Assembly: GCA_964452145.1 (NCBI GenBank)
Contig: CAYVLA010000121.1
Span: forward strand, 1-10,221
DNA length: 10,221 bases
Origin: Candidatus Hadarchaeota archaeon
GTDB lineage: Archaea > CAYQAE01 > CAYVLA01
Direction: 5' to 3'
Part shown: one piece after another, positions 1 to 7,189 of the stretch
Position numbering within the stretch: position 1 is the stretch's first letter
Layout: every line of letters starts with the position of its first letter
The notes under the pieces: model-generated
Seen by the model: only the letters and a program-made list of their open reading frames with translations
Database searches by the model: none
Told to the model about the DNA's origin: nothing
Position numbers and translations under genes: made by a program

Positions 1-87
1 GCTGCGGGCGCCTTCTTTCCGGGCGGGAAGGAGGGGGGATTCCTTCGACTTCTTGAGGCGGATCTGGTCCGGCAACGGATGGGCTAG
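1..87 (+). CDS. possible 3' end of a gene entering from the left edge (AAGAFFPGGKEGGFLRLLEADLVRQRMG*)
   Basis: Frame +1 is open from base 1 to TAG at 85-87, which overlaps the TAG of the convergent minus-strand gene in a CTAG. No recognisable motif; it may be non-coding. Confidence 0.3.
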   Translation, partial: AAGAFFPGGKEGGFLRLLEADLVRQRMG

Positions 88-1184
88 GGCAGTTCTAGGA
101 GTTCCTTTATCTCGGCGCCGACGTATTGGTCGGGGACCTCGCCTATGGCGTAGCCCTTGCCGGTGGTTTCGCAGTAGTAGTAACGTTTGGTCCCCTTCTG
201 GAAGTAGGTTCCCCCGACCCCCTCGTTGCCGCGTATCCCCACGGCCATGTGGTCGTCTATGATCAGGAGGGCGGCGCCGTAGTTGAAGGATGGACTTCCC
301 ATGATGGATGCGAACAGGGCGGAGGTGTCCTCGCAGTCCCCCCCACCTTCAAGCAGCGTTTCCACGGGGTATCTCGGGTAATTGTCCCCCTTTGATTCCT
401 CGTCGGAGGTGTAAGGCATCTCCTGGACGAAGGCCAGCACGAAGCTGACCTCATCATAGCTCAGGTAGCCGGCCGTTTCGACGTAGAACTTGAGTATCTC
501 GGACACCGCCTTGACGGTTCGATCGTTGGGCTTGACGTAGTTGAGGTACTGACCATAGGCCGTGATGGCCCTCTCCTGGGGAAGGCCTTCCAGATCGAGG
601 AAGGGCATTCTCAGGCTCAACGTCCAGGAGCGCCCTTCGTAGAACCACCGGAAGAAGCGTGCCCTTATAGGCTCACCCACGACAACGGTTGTGCCCAGGC
701 AGTTGTTCTTCTCGTCGGTTTCCTTGACATTGTTGTCCGGGTCTACCAGGAACTTGATGACATTCACGCCCGAGGGAAGGGCAAGTTCCTCTGAGAAATC
801 CACGTTTGAGGATTGTCCACCGGAAAGCTCGGGCACCGAGGCCCTTCCGACCTCTTCGTCCCCCATCATCATGGATACGACCGTGCGGGGAGAGGACTTC
901 CTTCCGGCATTCCTCACCGTGACGGAGATCTTCACGGTCTGTCCGATCTCAGGCCTGTCCGGGCTGGAAAGGGCATCGGTAAGCGTCAGATCGGGCGAGC
1001 TGCCGATCGTGGCGTTGGGGTTGTCGGGGTTGAGGATGTCCACGATGTCTTCGACATCGTCCATGATGCACCCGGCGAGCATTGCCACCAGAATGCAGAT
1101 CGGAACACACCATAGCCTAGAAGCTTTCCGAGAGAGCCACCCGGGAGGATTCGTCCTAGGAGAAGTATTTGACAGCTTCCTCAA
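84..1184 (-). CDS. predicted lipoprotein with CARDB (Ig-like) domain and C-terminal transglutaminase-like (Cys-His-Glu) domain
   Basis: Hydrophobic stretch ending in lipobox LAGC (1079-1068). CARDB-type motifs PDLTL..., GQTVKISVTVRNAG and VDPDNNVKETDEKNN. Transglutaminase-like core FVQEMPY...YPRYPVETL...GDCED...HMAVGI...YCETT. The TTG start overlaps the glyA 3' end by 29 nt, so the start is somewhat uncertain. Confidence 0.85.
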   Translation of the reverse strand: MRKLSNTSPRTNPPGWLSRKASRLWCVPICILVAMLAGCIMDDVEDIVDILNPDNPNATIGSSPDLTLTDALSSPDRPEIGQTVKISVTVRNAGRKSSPRTVVSMMMGDEEVGRASVPELSGGQSSNVDFSEELALPSGVNVIKFLVDPDNNVKETDEKNNCLGTTVVVGEPIRARFFRWFYEGRSWTLSLRMPFLDLEGLPQERAITAYGQYLNYVKPNDRTVKAVSEILKFYVETAGYLSYDEVSFVLAFVQEMPYTSDEESKGDNYPRYPVETLLEGGGDCEDTSALFASIMGSPSFNYGAALLIIDDHMAVGIRGNEGVGGTYFQKGTKRYYYCETTGKGYAIGEVPDQYVGAEIKELLELP

Positions 1185-2514
1185 CGCAGTTGAAGCCGAA
1201 CTCGATCCCCTGAAATCTTTTCCTGAGCGCGGTGGCTTGGTTGCGAAGTTCTTCGTAACTGGTGGATTCTCCTTTGATGACCCGAATCATGATGTCGCAG
1301 AGTTCCTCGACGTCTCCTTCCTTGAAACCCCTTCTGGTGACCTCCTGAAAGCCTATCCGAAGGCCAGAGGGGTCTTTGATCTTGGCGGGGTCATCGTAGG
1401 GGAGCAGGTTCCTGTTCACTATGATGTTGGCCTTTTCAAGATTCTTGGCAACGATCCGGCCGCCGCCGTGTTCTGCCACGTCCACCGCTATCTGGTGGGA
1501 CATGGTGAATCCCCTCTTCTCGCCGAGGACCTTGAGGCCCTTCTCGGACAGATACTCCCCCGCCCTCCGGGCGTTCCGCACTATCTGCCGGGCGTATTCC
1601 TTGCCGAAGGCCCACATCTCGACGGCCGCCAGGCCCAGGGCCGGAAGGCGCCTGAGGTGGTGGTTGGAGACCGAAAGCGGGAAGACGCCTCTCTGGACTG
1701 CCTCCGCCGCGGCCTGTCTCCTCTTGCTGATCTCGCCCCTCCTGTTTTCAAGTTTGGCGAGCACTATCCCGCCTTGGGGCCCGGGAAAGGTCTTGTGCGT
1801 GGAGCCGGTAACGAAGTCCGCGCCCTCCTTGAAGGGGTTCTGGAACTCCCCGCCGGCCAGGAGTCCGAGGACATGTGCTGCGTCGTAGACGATGAATGCC
1901 CCTACGTCGTGGGCCGCCTCCGCAAGCTCCTTGACGGGGTGGGGGAAGAGGTACAGGCTTCCCCCGAAGGTGACGATTCCGGGCTTGGCGGCCTTGATGA
2001 TCTTGGCGGATTGATCGGGGTCGATGTTCATCTCCTCCGGATCAAATGCATGGTCTATCGTTTCCAGCCCCACGACCTGTCCTGCGAGGCCCGTGTAGTC
2101 GTGGGATATGTGGGTGCCGAAGTTGACAGGTGCCACGACCATCTTGCTGTTGTGGGTCGTGGTGCTCAGGCCTTTGAAGGTGGCCAGGTTGGCCACGGTG
2201 CCCGATATCGGGCGCACATCCACGAAGTCTGCTCCGAAGAGATCCTTCATGAGCTCGGCCGAGTTCCTCTCCACGACCGACATGTACGTCTGGCCCTGGT
2301 AGTGTCTCTCCCGGGGATAGCCTTTGAGGTCGTTCTCCCCCTCGGCATAGCGGTGCCAGAGGTCCTCCGACATCCGGTAGACCTCGTGCACGGCCGGGGA
2401 GGGACAACCCTCGCTGGCAATGAGATTTACGGTCTCCTTTCCTCTCCATCGCTCGTGGTCCCTGGTAGCCTCCACGAGATCCCTTAGATCGGTGCCGATG
2501 TCTATCTTCTTCAA
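1156..2514 (-). CDS. glyA: serine hydroxymethyltransferase, archaeal type
   Basis: NLIASE, RYAEG, HISH, YDAAHVLGL, PLP-lysine motif STHKTFPGPQGG, SNHH, NRNLLP and SGLRIG. Start moved from 2586 to TTG 2514 because GGAGGT (2527-2522) lies 7 nt upstream; gives 452 aa. Confidence 0.96.
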   Translation of the reverse strand: MKKIDIGTDLRDLVEATRDHERWRGKETVNLIASEGCPSPAVHEVYRMSEDLWHRYAEGENDLKGYPRERHYQGQTYMSVVERNSAELMKDLFGADFVDVRPISGTVANLATFKGLSTTTHNSKMVVAPVNFGTHISHDYTGLAGQVVGLETIDHAFDPEEMNIDPDQSAKIIKAAKPGIVTFGGSLYLFPHPVKELAEAAHDVGAFIVYDAAHVLGLLAGGEFQNPFKEGADFVTGSTHKTFPGPQGGIVLAKLENRRGEISKRRQAAAEAVQRGVFPLSVSNHHLRRLPALGLAAVEMWAFGKEYARQIVRNARRAGEYLSEKGLKVLGEKRGFTMSHQIAVDVAEHGGGRIVAKNLEKANIIVNRNLLPYDDPAKIKDPSGLRIGFQEVTRRGFKEGDVEELCDIMIRVIKGESTSYEELRNQATALRKRFQGIEFGFNCVEEAVKYFS

Positions 2515-2521
2515 GGCGGTA

Positions 2522-2527
2522 ACCTCC
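2522..2527 (-). promoter_or_regulatory. Shine-Dalgarno site of glyA
   Basis: GGAGGT on the minus strand, 7 nt before TTG 2514. Confidence 0.75.
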
Positions 2528-2573
2528 GGTTGACGATCGCTAGCATCAGATAACCCGGGGTCCGAGGTTGGGC

Positions 2574-2579
2574 TTAAAA
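2574..2579 (-). promoter_or_regulatory. putative archaeal TATA box for glyA
   Basis: TTTTAA in a GC-rich intergenic spacer, about 60 nt upstream of the proposed start. Confidence 0.55.
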
Positions 2580-2601
2580 GTTGCACCGTGTCAGTCAGGT
2601 G

Positions 2602-3420
2602 TCAGGTCTGCACCGAGATCGAGACATCTGCCACCACGGCCGCGTGGTCCGATCCCGCCAGGCCCGAGGAGTCCCGTGCATCCAGGAAGGCCACGTCCTT
2701 GACGGTCACACGGGCCCACGGACACGGCACCATGAAGATGTAGTCTATCCTTCTGTCGCCGTGGCTGAAAGGCCCGCGGGTGGCCGACTTTCTTCTCTCG
2801 GCCGGAGCCTCATCCCAGAGATCGACGAAGTTGCCGATGACCGATTGGTCGGGAAGCCTCTCGCCCCCCGTGAGGATCCTCATCGCGTCCTCGTCGGGCG
2901 TGGCGTTGAAGTCGCCGACCACGAACTTGGGCAATCCGGAGTTGAAGTTCTGCATGAACTGAAGCAGCTCCAGGGAGTTGCATACCCGCATCTCCGGGCT
3001 GAGTGAGAAGTGGGTGACGAAGAACTCTAGACTCCCCGAGGGGAGGGCGAGGGTCGCGTTGAGCACGATTCTTTGGTGGAAGTCCTTCTGGTCCTGCGGA
3101 TTCCTTGTAAGCTCGACGTAGGCCGTCGACTCCATGGGGTGGCGCGCCATAACGCATAACCCCTCGACGCTTCTCGGCGACCGGGAATACACCATTGCGG
3201 GCTGGTAATGGTAGTCTAGCCCCGTGCGGCTGGCGATCTGACTTGCCTGGTTCTGGCCTATGGGATTGAACTTCCTGTCGTCCCTGATCTCCTGCAGACC
3301 TATGATGTCGGGGTCTTGTTCCAGTATGGTGTCGACTATGATCTTGCGTCTCTGGGGCCAGGGGTCATTGTAGTTCCACACGTTGTAACTCATCAGCCTG
3401 AGTTCTAGCTTCTCGGTCAT
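2602..3420 (-). CDS. endonuclease/exonuclease/phosphatase (EEP, DNase I-like) family protein
   Basis: Full EEP motif set: MSYNVWN, DPDIIGLQE, VTHFS, VVGDFNA, RIDYIF and SDH. Purine-rich GGAGAGGGG lies just upstream of the ATG. Substrate cannot be assigned from sequence. Confidence 0.93.
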   Translation of the reverse strand: MTEKLELRLMSYNVWNYNDPWPQRRKIIVDTILEQDPDIIGLQEIRDDRKFNPIGQNQASQIASRTGLDYHYQPAMVYSRSPRSVEGLCVMARHPMESTAYVELTRNPQDQKDFHQRIVLNATLALPSGSLEFFVTHFSLSPEMRVCNSLELLQFMQNFNSGLPKFVVGDFNATPDEDAMRILTGGERLPDQSVIGNFVDLWDEAPAERRKSATRGPFSHGDRRIDYIFMVPCPWARVTVKDVAFLDARDSSGLAGSDHAAVVADVSISVQT

Positions 3421-3448
3421 GCCCCTCTCCGAGCAGTGGAGACTTCTC

Positions 3449-3457
3449 TTATATTAA
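3449..3457 (-). promoter_or_regulatory. putative archaeal TATA box for the EEP gene
   Basis: TTAATATAA on the minus strand, 28 nt upstream of ATG 3420, implying a very short 5' leader. Confidence 0.65.
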
Positions 3458-3505
3458 CGGATTCGATGAGAGTGCGATTCTCCTGAGGAATTCCGCAAGT
3501 CCGCC

Positions 3506-4846
3506 CTAGGTCCTCCTTCGCGCAAGGTTGCCCACTTTGTACACCGCCGAGGACACCACGTTCCTTCCATCAACAACGCGGTCGCCTATCGATTCCAGCT
3601 TGCCGAGCTCCTTGCGGTATTGATCGTGGTCAGTGACGACCACTACGCAGTCGCACTTGAGGGCGCCCTCAAAGGTTGCCGGCTCATATCCCATCGATCG
3701 TATCTCCTCATCGGAGAACATGGGGTCCTGGGCAACGACCGTTCGATATCCCTTCAAAAGACCGAGGAGGCTCAGCCCGGGGGAAAGGCGGGTCTCCTTG
3801 ACTCCGCCCCTGAATGCCACGCCGAGGACAGCCACGGACGAGTCGTCCGGCTGCTTGCCGTGATCCTTGAGGCAGAGGTCCACCAGGGACTTCACATGAG
3901 CGGGCATCGAGTCGTTGATCCTCCTGGCCTCCCTGATGATGGAGACATCCGTGGAGTACGCCTCGCCCTTCCCGATCAGAAACCAGGGGTATACCGGAAT
4001 GCAGTGCCCTCCTACGCCGCTTCCCGGCAGGTGGATGTGGCAGTAGTCAGAAGTCCGATGATTGGCGGCTCGAATCACTTCCCAGGCATCAACGCCTTGC
4101 TTCTCGCACAGAAGGGCTAGGGTATTGGCATAGGCAATGTTGACATCCCTGTAGACTCCTTCAGACACCTTCACCAGCTCGGCCGTCTCCAGGCTGGATA
4201 CCTTGAGCACCTCTCCGAACGGGGTGTACAGCCCGGCTGCTGCATCCACGCTCTTCCCGTCCAGTCCCCCGACGATCTTGGGATACCTGTACATGTTCCG
4301 GATGACCCTCCCGGTCATGAGCCTCTCGGGAGCGTGTGCCACCCCGAAATCCCTTCCGGCCACCAAGCCTGATTCCTCAAGGAGGGGAACGATCGTGTTG
4401 CGAATGCATCCCGGCGGCATGGTCGTTTCGATTACGACCAGGTCGCCCTCCTGCAGCCCCTTTGCCGCCCTTGAACAGGCGGCCTCGATCGCCGAGAAAT
4501 CCGGGCGTCCCCGCCGGTCAACCAGGAGCGGAACCAGCACGACTATGACGTCTGAGTCCCTTGCCGCCCGCTCCGCATCGGTCGTGGCGACGAGGTTGCC
4601 CTTGGTCACGGTCTCCCGCAGGATCTCGGCGAGATCGGGTTCCTCCTCGATCGGGCAAAGCCCCTCGTTGATCATCTTGACCATCTGCTCGTCCCGGCGA
4701 ACGCCGATGACCTTGGCGCCTTCGCGCGCGAAAAGGGCGGCCAGCGGCAGACCCATCTTGCCTATCCCCACGACATCGATGGTTATCTGCCCTGAGCGCA
4801 TGAGGCGGGTAACTTCCTCCGTAGCGAGTCCATAGACCTTGACCAC
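3506..4846 (-). CDS. nucleotide-sugar 6-dehydrogenase, UDP-ManNAc/UDP-GlcNAc dehydrogenase (WecC/WbpA-like) family
   Basis: Rossmann GIGKMG, ETTMPPG, PERLMTG, AELVKVSEGVYRDVNIAYAN, catalytic GVGGHCIP, VTDH and VDGRN. Start moved from 4966 to GTG 4846, with AGGTGA at 4857-4852; gives 446 aa. Confidence 0.93.
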   Translation of the reverse strand: MVKVYGLATEEVTRLMRSGQITIDVVGIGKMGLPLAALFAREGAKVIGVRRDEQMVKMINEGLCPIEEEPDLAEILRETVTKGNLVATTDAERAARDSDVIVVLVPLLVDRRGRPDFSAIEAACSRAAKGLQEGDLVVIETTMPPGCIRNTIVPLLEESGLVAGRDFGVAHAPERLMTGRVIRNMYRYPKIVGGLDGKSVDAAAGLYTPFGEVLKVSSLETAELVKVSEGVYRDVNIAYANTLALLCEKQGVDAWEVIRAANHRTSDYCHIHLPGSGVGGHCIPVYPWFLIGKGEAYSTDVSIIREARRINDSMPAHVKSLVDLCLKDHGKQPDDSSVAVLGVAFRGGVKETRLSPGLSLLGLLKGYRTVVAQDPMFSDEEIRSMGYEPATFEGALKCDCVVVVTDHDQYRKELGKLESIGDRVVDGRNVVSSAVYKVGNLARRRT

Positions 4847-4885
4847 TGATCTCACCTGTGACGGACAGAAGCGGCAGAAGGACGG

Positions 4886-4897
4886 GATAAATGTCTT
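4886..4897 (-). promoter_or_regulatory. putative BRE/TATA-like element for the sugar dehydrogenase
   Basis: AAGACATTTATC on the minus strand, about 40 nt upstream of GTG 4846, in the spacer after larA. Confidence 0.4.
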
Positions 4898-4919
4898 GCC
4901 GACGTCGGAGGTCGGTCCA

Positions 4920-6194
4920 TCAGGCCTTAAGCTCGAGCCAGGTTTCGGGTCCGTCCGGCAGAACAAGGATCCTCGCTTCAGGCCCGAGTCGATCGATTGC
5001 TGCCTGTATCCCTTCCTCGACGCTGTCCAGAGGTTCCAGCCACATCCTCTTCACCTCGGCCTTGTCGAGGTTCTCCGAGTAGATGGATACCCTGGCCCTG
5101 GAAAGGATTCTTGCGAGAACCTGGACCTGCCACTGGTCGATCACGAAGAACCCGGGTGTGCCCACCCTCTCCAGGAATTCCCGTGGCGAGCCTGCGTCCA
5201 AGATCATCTCCTCAAAGGTCCCGTGACCTATGCCCTCGGAGCATTCGGCAGCCATGATTATCTCGCCCCCCTGCCGGATCACCGGCTCTGGGGTGGCCAT
5301 GCCCTTAACTGCTTGGTAGAGGTTCAGATCCAAAGGATAGCCGCCGTTGTTGGTTATCGCTATGTCCACCGGGCTGGGCAGGGTGACCCTAGCTTTCTCG
5401 GATATGAACTTGACGCCCTCCTCGTGGGCCTTGACCACGTCCCCCGCGAATACCCTGGTTATCTCCTTGTTGCGGTTCAGGGTGACGTTGACGATGAACG
5501 GGACTCCGACCTGTCCCGCCACTTCCACCGCGTCCTCGTAGATGGGGTTCCCCTTGGTTACGCCGTTTCTTGCCTTCGGGTGGGCGATGTGGGCGGCGCC
5601 GTGATTGTGGGCTATGGTCTCGATGCCGGCGCAGCCGGGTAGGATGGCCTTCCTTCCACCGGTGAAGCCGGCAAAGAAGTGGGGCTCGATGTAGCCCGTC
5701 AGGATCCTGAAATCCGCCTTGTAGAGGACCCTATCCAGCCAGATGGGAGTGCCGCTCTTGGTCTTGCCGAGGAAGACTTGGGATTCCCTGTCTCGTGCGT
5801 TGTGGTTGACGATCCTGAACCTGTCAACGATCTCCTCGCCCAGCATCTCCGCCAGCTCGGCCTCGGTGTTGGGTCTGTGGAGGCCGGTTGCGATGAGGAT
5901 GGTGATCTTGTCGTCTGGAACGCCCGATTGGATGATCTCATCCATCAGAGGCGGAAGGATGAGGTGGCTTGGGACTGGACGGGTCTTGTCGGAGACCACA
6001 ACGGTCACGTCCTTGGCGCCTCTCAACAGCTGGCCCAATCGAGGCGCGGCGATGGGGCTGCGTATGGCGTCGGCGACGGCATCGTAGGGGTCCGTGACTC
6101 CCGGGACGAACTCGGGCTCCGCTACCCGGTAGAGATTGCCGTCCGGGACGTGGACTTCGAGGCCCTTCCTCCCATAAGCGAGTCTTACCTTCAA
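4920..6194 (-). CDS. larA: nickel-pincer-dependent lactate racemase (LarA family)
   Basis: SDKTRP, ATGLHR, EPHFFAGFTGGRKAILPG, HNH, NLYQAVKG and DQWQ match the LarA cofactor and substrate motifs. Start likely TTG 6194 (MKVRLAYG) or GTG 6203. The 6407 start in the track overlaps the divergent gene. Confidence 0.92.
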   Translation of the reverse strand: MKVRLAYGRKGLEVHVPDGNLYRVAEPEFVPGVTDPYDAVADAIRSPIAAPRLGQLLRGAKDVTVVVSDKTRPVPSHLILPPLMDEIIQSGVPDDKITILIATGLHRPNTEAELAEMLGEEIVDRFRIVNHNARDRESQVFLGKTKSGTPIWLDRVLYKADFRILTGYIEPHFFAGFTGGRKAILPGCAGIETIAHNHGAAHIAHPKARNGVTKGNPIYEDAVEVAGQVGVPFIVNVTLNRNKEITRVFAGDVVKAHEEGVKFISEKARVTLPSPVDIAITNNGGYPLDLNLYQAVKGMATPEPVIRQGGEIIMAAECSEGIGHGTFEEMILDAGSPREFLERVGTPGFFVIDQWQVQVLARILSRARVSIYSENLDKAEVKRMWLEPLDSVEEGIQAAIDRLGPEARILVLPDGPETWLELKA

Positions 6195-6222
6195 TTCGAC
6201 CACGATGCCATGGGCGCGCAGG

Positions 6223-6229
6223 ATATTAA
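6223..6229 (-). promoter_or_regulatory. putative TATA box for larA
   Basis: TTAATAT on the minus strand, 20-29 nt upstream of the two candidate starts. Confidence 0.55.
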
Positions 6230-6268
6230 GGCTACTCTGCCGGAAGGGTTGGTGCGGATAAGGCGAAC

Positions 6269-6280
6269 AAGATTTTTCAG
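6269..6280 (+). promoter_or_regulatory. putative BRE/TATA-like element for the + strand gene pair
   Basis: AAGATTTTTCAG about 35 nt upstream of ATG 6315; 11/12 identical to the element at 9659-9670. Confidence 0.45.
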
Positions 6281-6314
6281 TCAAGACAGCCTGGGCCAGC
6301 TGCGGCGCTGGGTG

Positions 6315-7184
6315 ATGAAGGAACGATTCAGGATCGACGCCAGCCTGGTATCGATGATGGTCATCGTTCTCGTCAGCTCGGCGTTGATCGTCTTCACCCT
6401 GGCGCACGAGAAGATTCCGAGTCCGGTCGTGATCCTCAAGAACGCGTTTCCCGAGAAGCTGGTCAGCCAGGCCTCGGTCTCGACCAGGGAGGGGATGGAT
6501 TTCTCGCTCAGTCTTGCGGCCCTGCGGGATATCAGAACCCTTGAGATCCAGTACCTGACGCTGGTGAAGGTCGATCCCGTCTATCTCACCTCAGAGCGGC
6601 CCCAGGGATCGCTCAAGGAGGTGGCGGAGTCGATCGCGCCGATCAAGGCCCTGATGGAGGAGACCGAGAACGAGTTGGTGCCGTACCGCATCCTCCCCAT
6701 CGAAGCCATCCACGGGAATCTGACCTACGAGGGCCTCCTGTACGACTTCCCCATGGTGAGGCTCTATTCGGATTCGGCCCTGTCCGGACAGGTCTACACA
6801 TCCTTCATGGTGCTTGAGAACGGAACGGAGGCGGTATACTTCGAGGGCATATCGGACTTCTTCCTGAACAGGCTAGGCGGGTTCGTCAACGTCCAGCTTC
6901 CCGAGGGGGCGGAGATCAGGAGCGCCATAGAAAGCCTGCGGATCAGGAGGAACAAGGATACCGTCTCCTACTCCTCAGCCGAGAACGCTCCCAAGGGTTG
7001 GGTCCCCGTTGAGGAGACGCCTCCCTTCGGGAGGGTCATCTTCACCGACGTCAAGAGGAACGATACCTTCTCGATCGACTTCACGGTCGAGACGCCTAGG
7101 AGGCCGGGTGGGATGTGCGCTCAGGTGATCAGGGTGGTGGCGGACGGGGAAGCCGTGGAGACGATCGTTAACATGATCAGGTGA
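6315..7184 (+). CDS. hypothetical protein with N-terminal membrane anchor/signal and beta-rich extracellular domain (289 aa)
   Basis: Real coding part of the 5679..7184 ORF, whose first 212 codons are mostly antisense to larA plus the spacer. Starts MKERFRID, then hydrophobic LVSMMVIVLVSSALIVFTLA. Sequons NLT, NGT and NDT. No family recognised. Confidence 0.8.
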   Translation: MKERFRIDASLVSMMVIVLVSSALIVFTLAHEKIPSPVVILKNAFPEKLVSQASVSTREGMDFSLSLAALRDIRTLEIQYLTLVKVDPVYLTSERPQGSLKEVAESIAPIKALMEETENELVPYRILPIEAIHGNLTYEGLLYDFPMVRLYSDSALSGQVYTSFMVLENGTEAVYFEGISDFFLNRLGGFVNVQLPEGAEIRSAIESLRIRRNKDTVSYSSAENAPKGWVPVEETPPFGRVIFTDVKRNDTFSIDFTVETPRRPGGMCAQVIRVVADGEAVETIVNMIR

Positions 7185-7189
7185 GTCAG

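Noticed and set aside
11..46. Hairpins near the left edge as a terminator
   Set aside because: Stems are short or depend on G-U pairs, there is no convincing U-tract, and the region may be coding.
338..344. G7 run (minus strand) beside the transglutaminase catalytic Cys as a phase-variation tract
   Set aside because: Short, encodes Gly-Gly-Asp, the frame is intact, and such runs are expected at this GC content.
691..2487. 598-aa + strand ORF
   Set aside because: Lies antisense to glyA and the lipoprotein gene with no recognisable motifs; a typical shadow ORF of GC-rich coding DNA.
4847..4966. N-terminal extension of the sugar dehydrogenase, and likewise glyA 2515-2586
   Set aside because: Both run through spacer or promoter DNA, and good ribosome-binding sites mark the downstream GTG and TTG starts.
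5679..6314. N-terminal 212 codons of the 501-aa + strand ORF, and the 4839..5642 ORF
   Set aside because: Mostly antisense to larA. The plausible gene starts at ATG 6315 after a promoter-like box.
6204..6407. N-terminal extension of LarA in the ORF track
   Set aside because: Overlaps the divergent gene and both promoter boxes; LarA-like sequence begins at about KVRLAYG.
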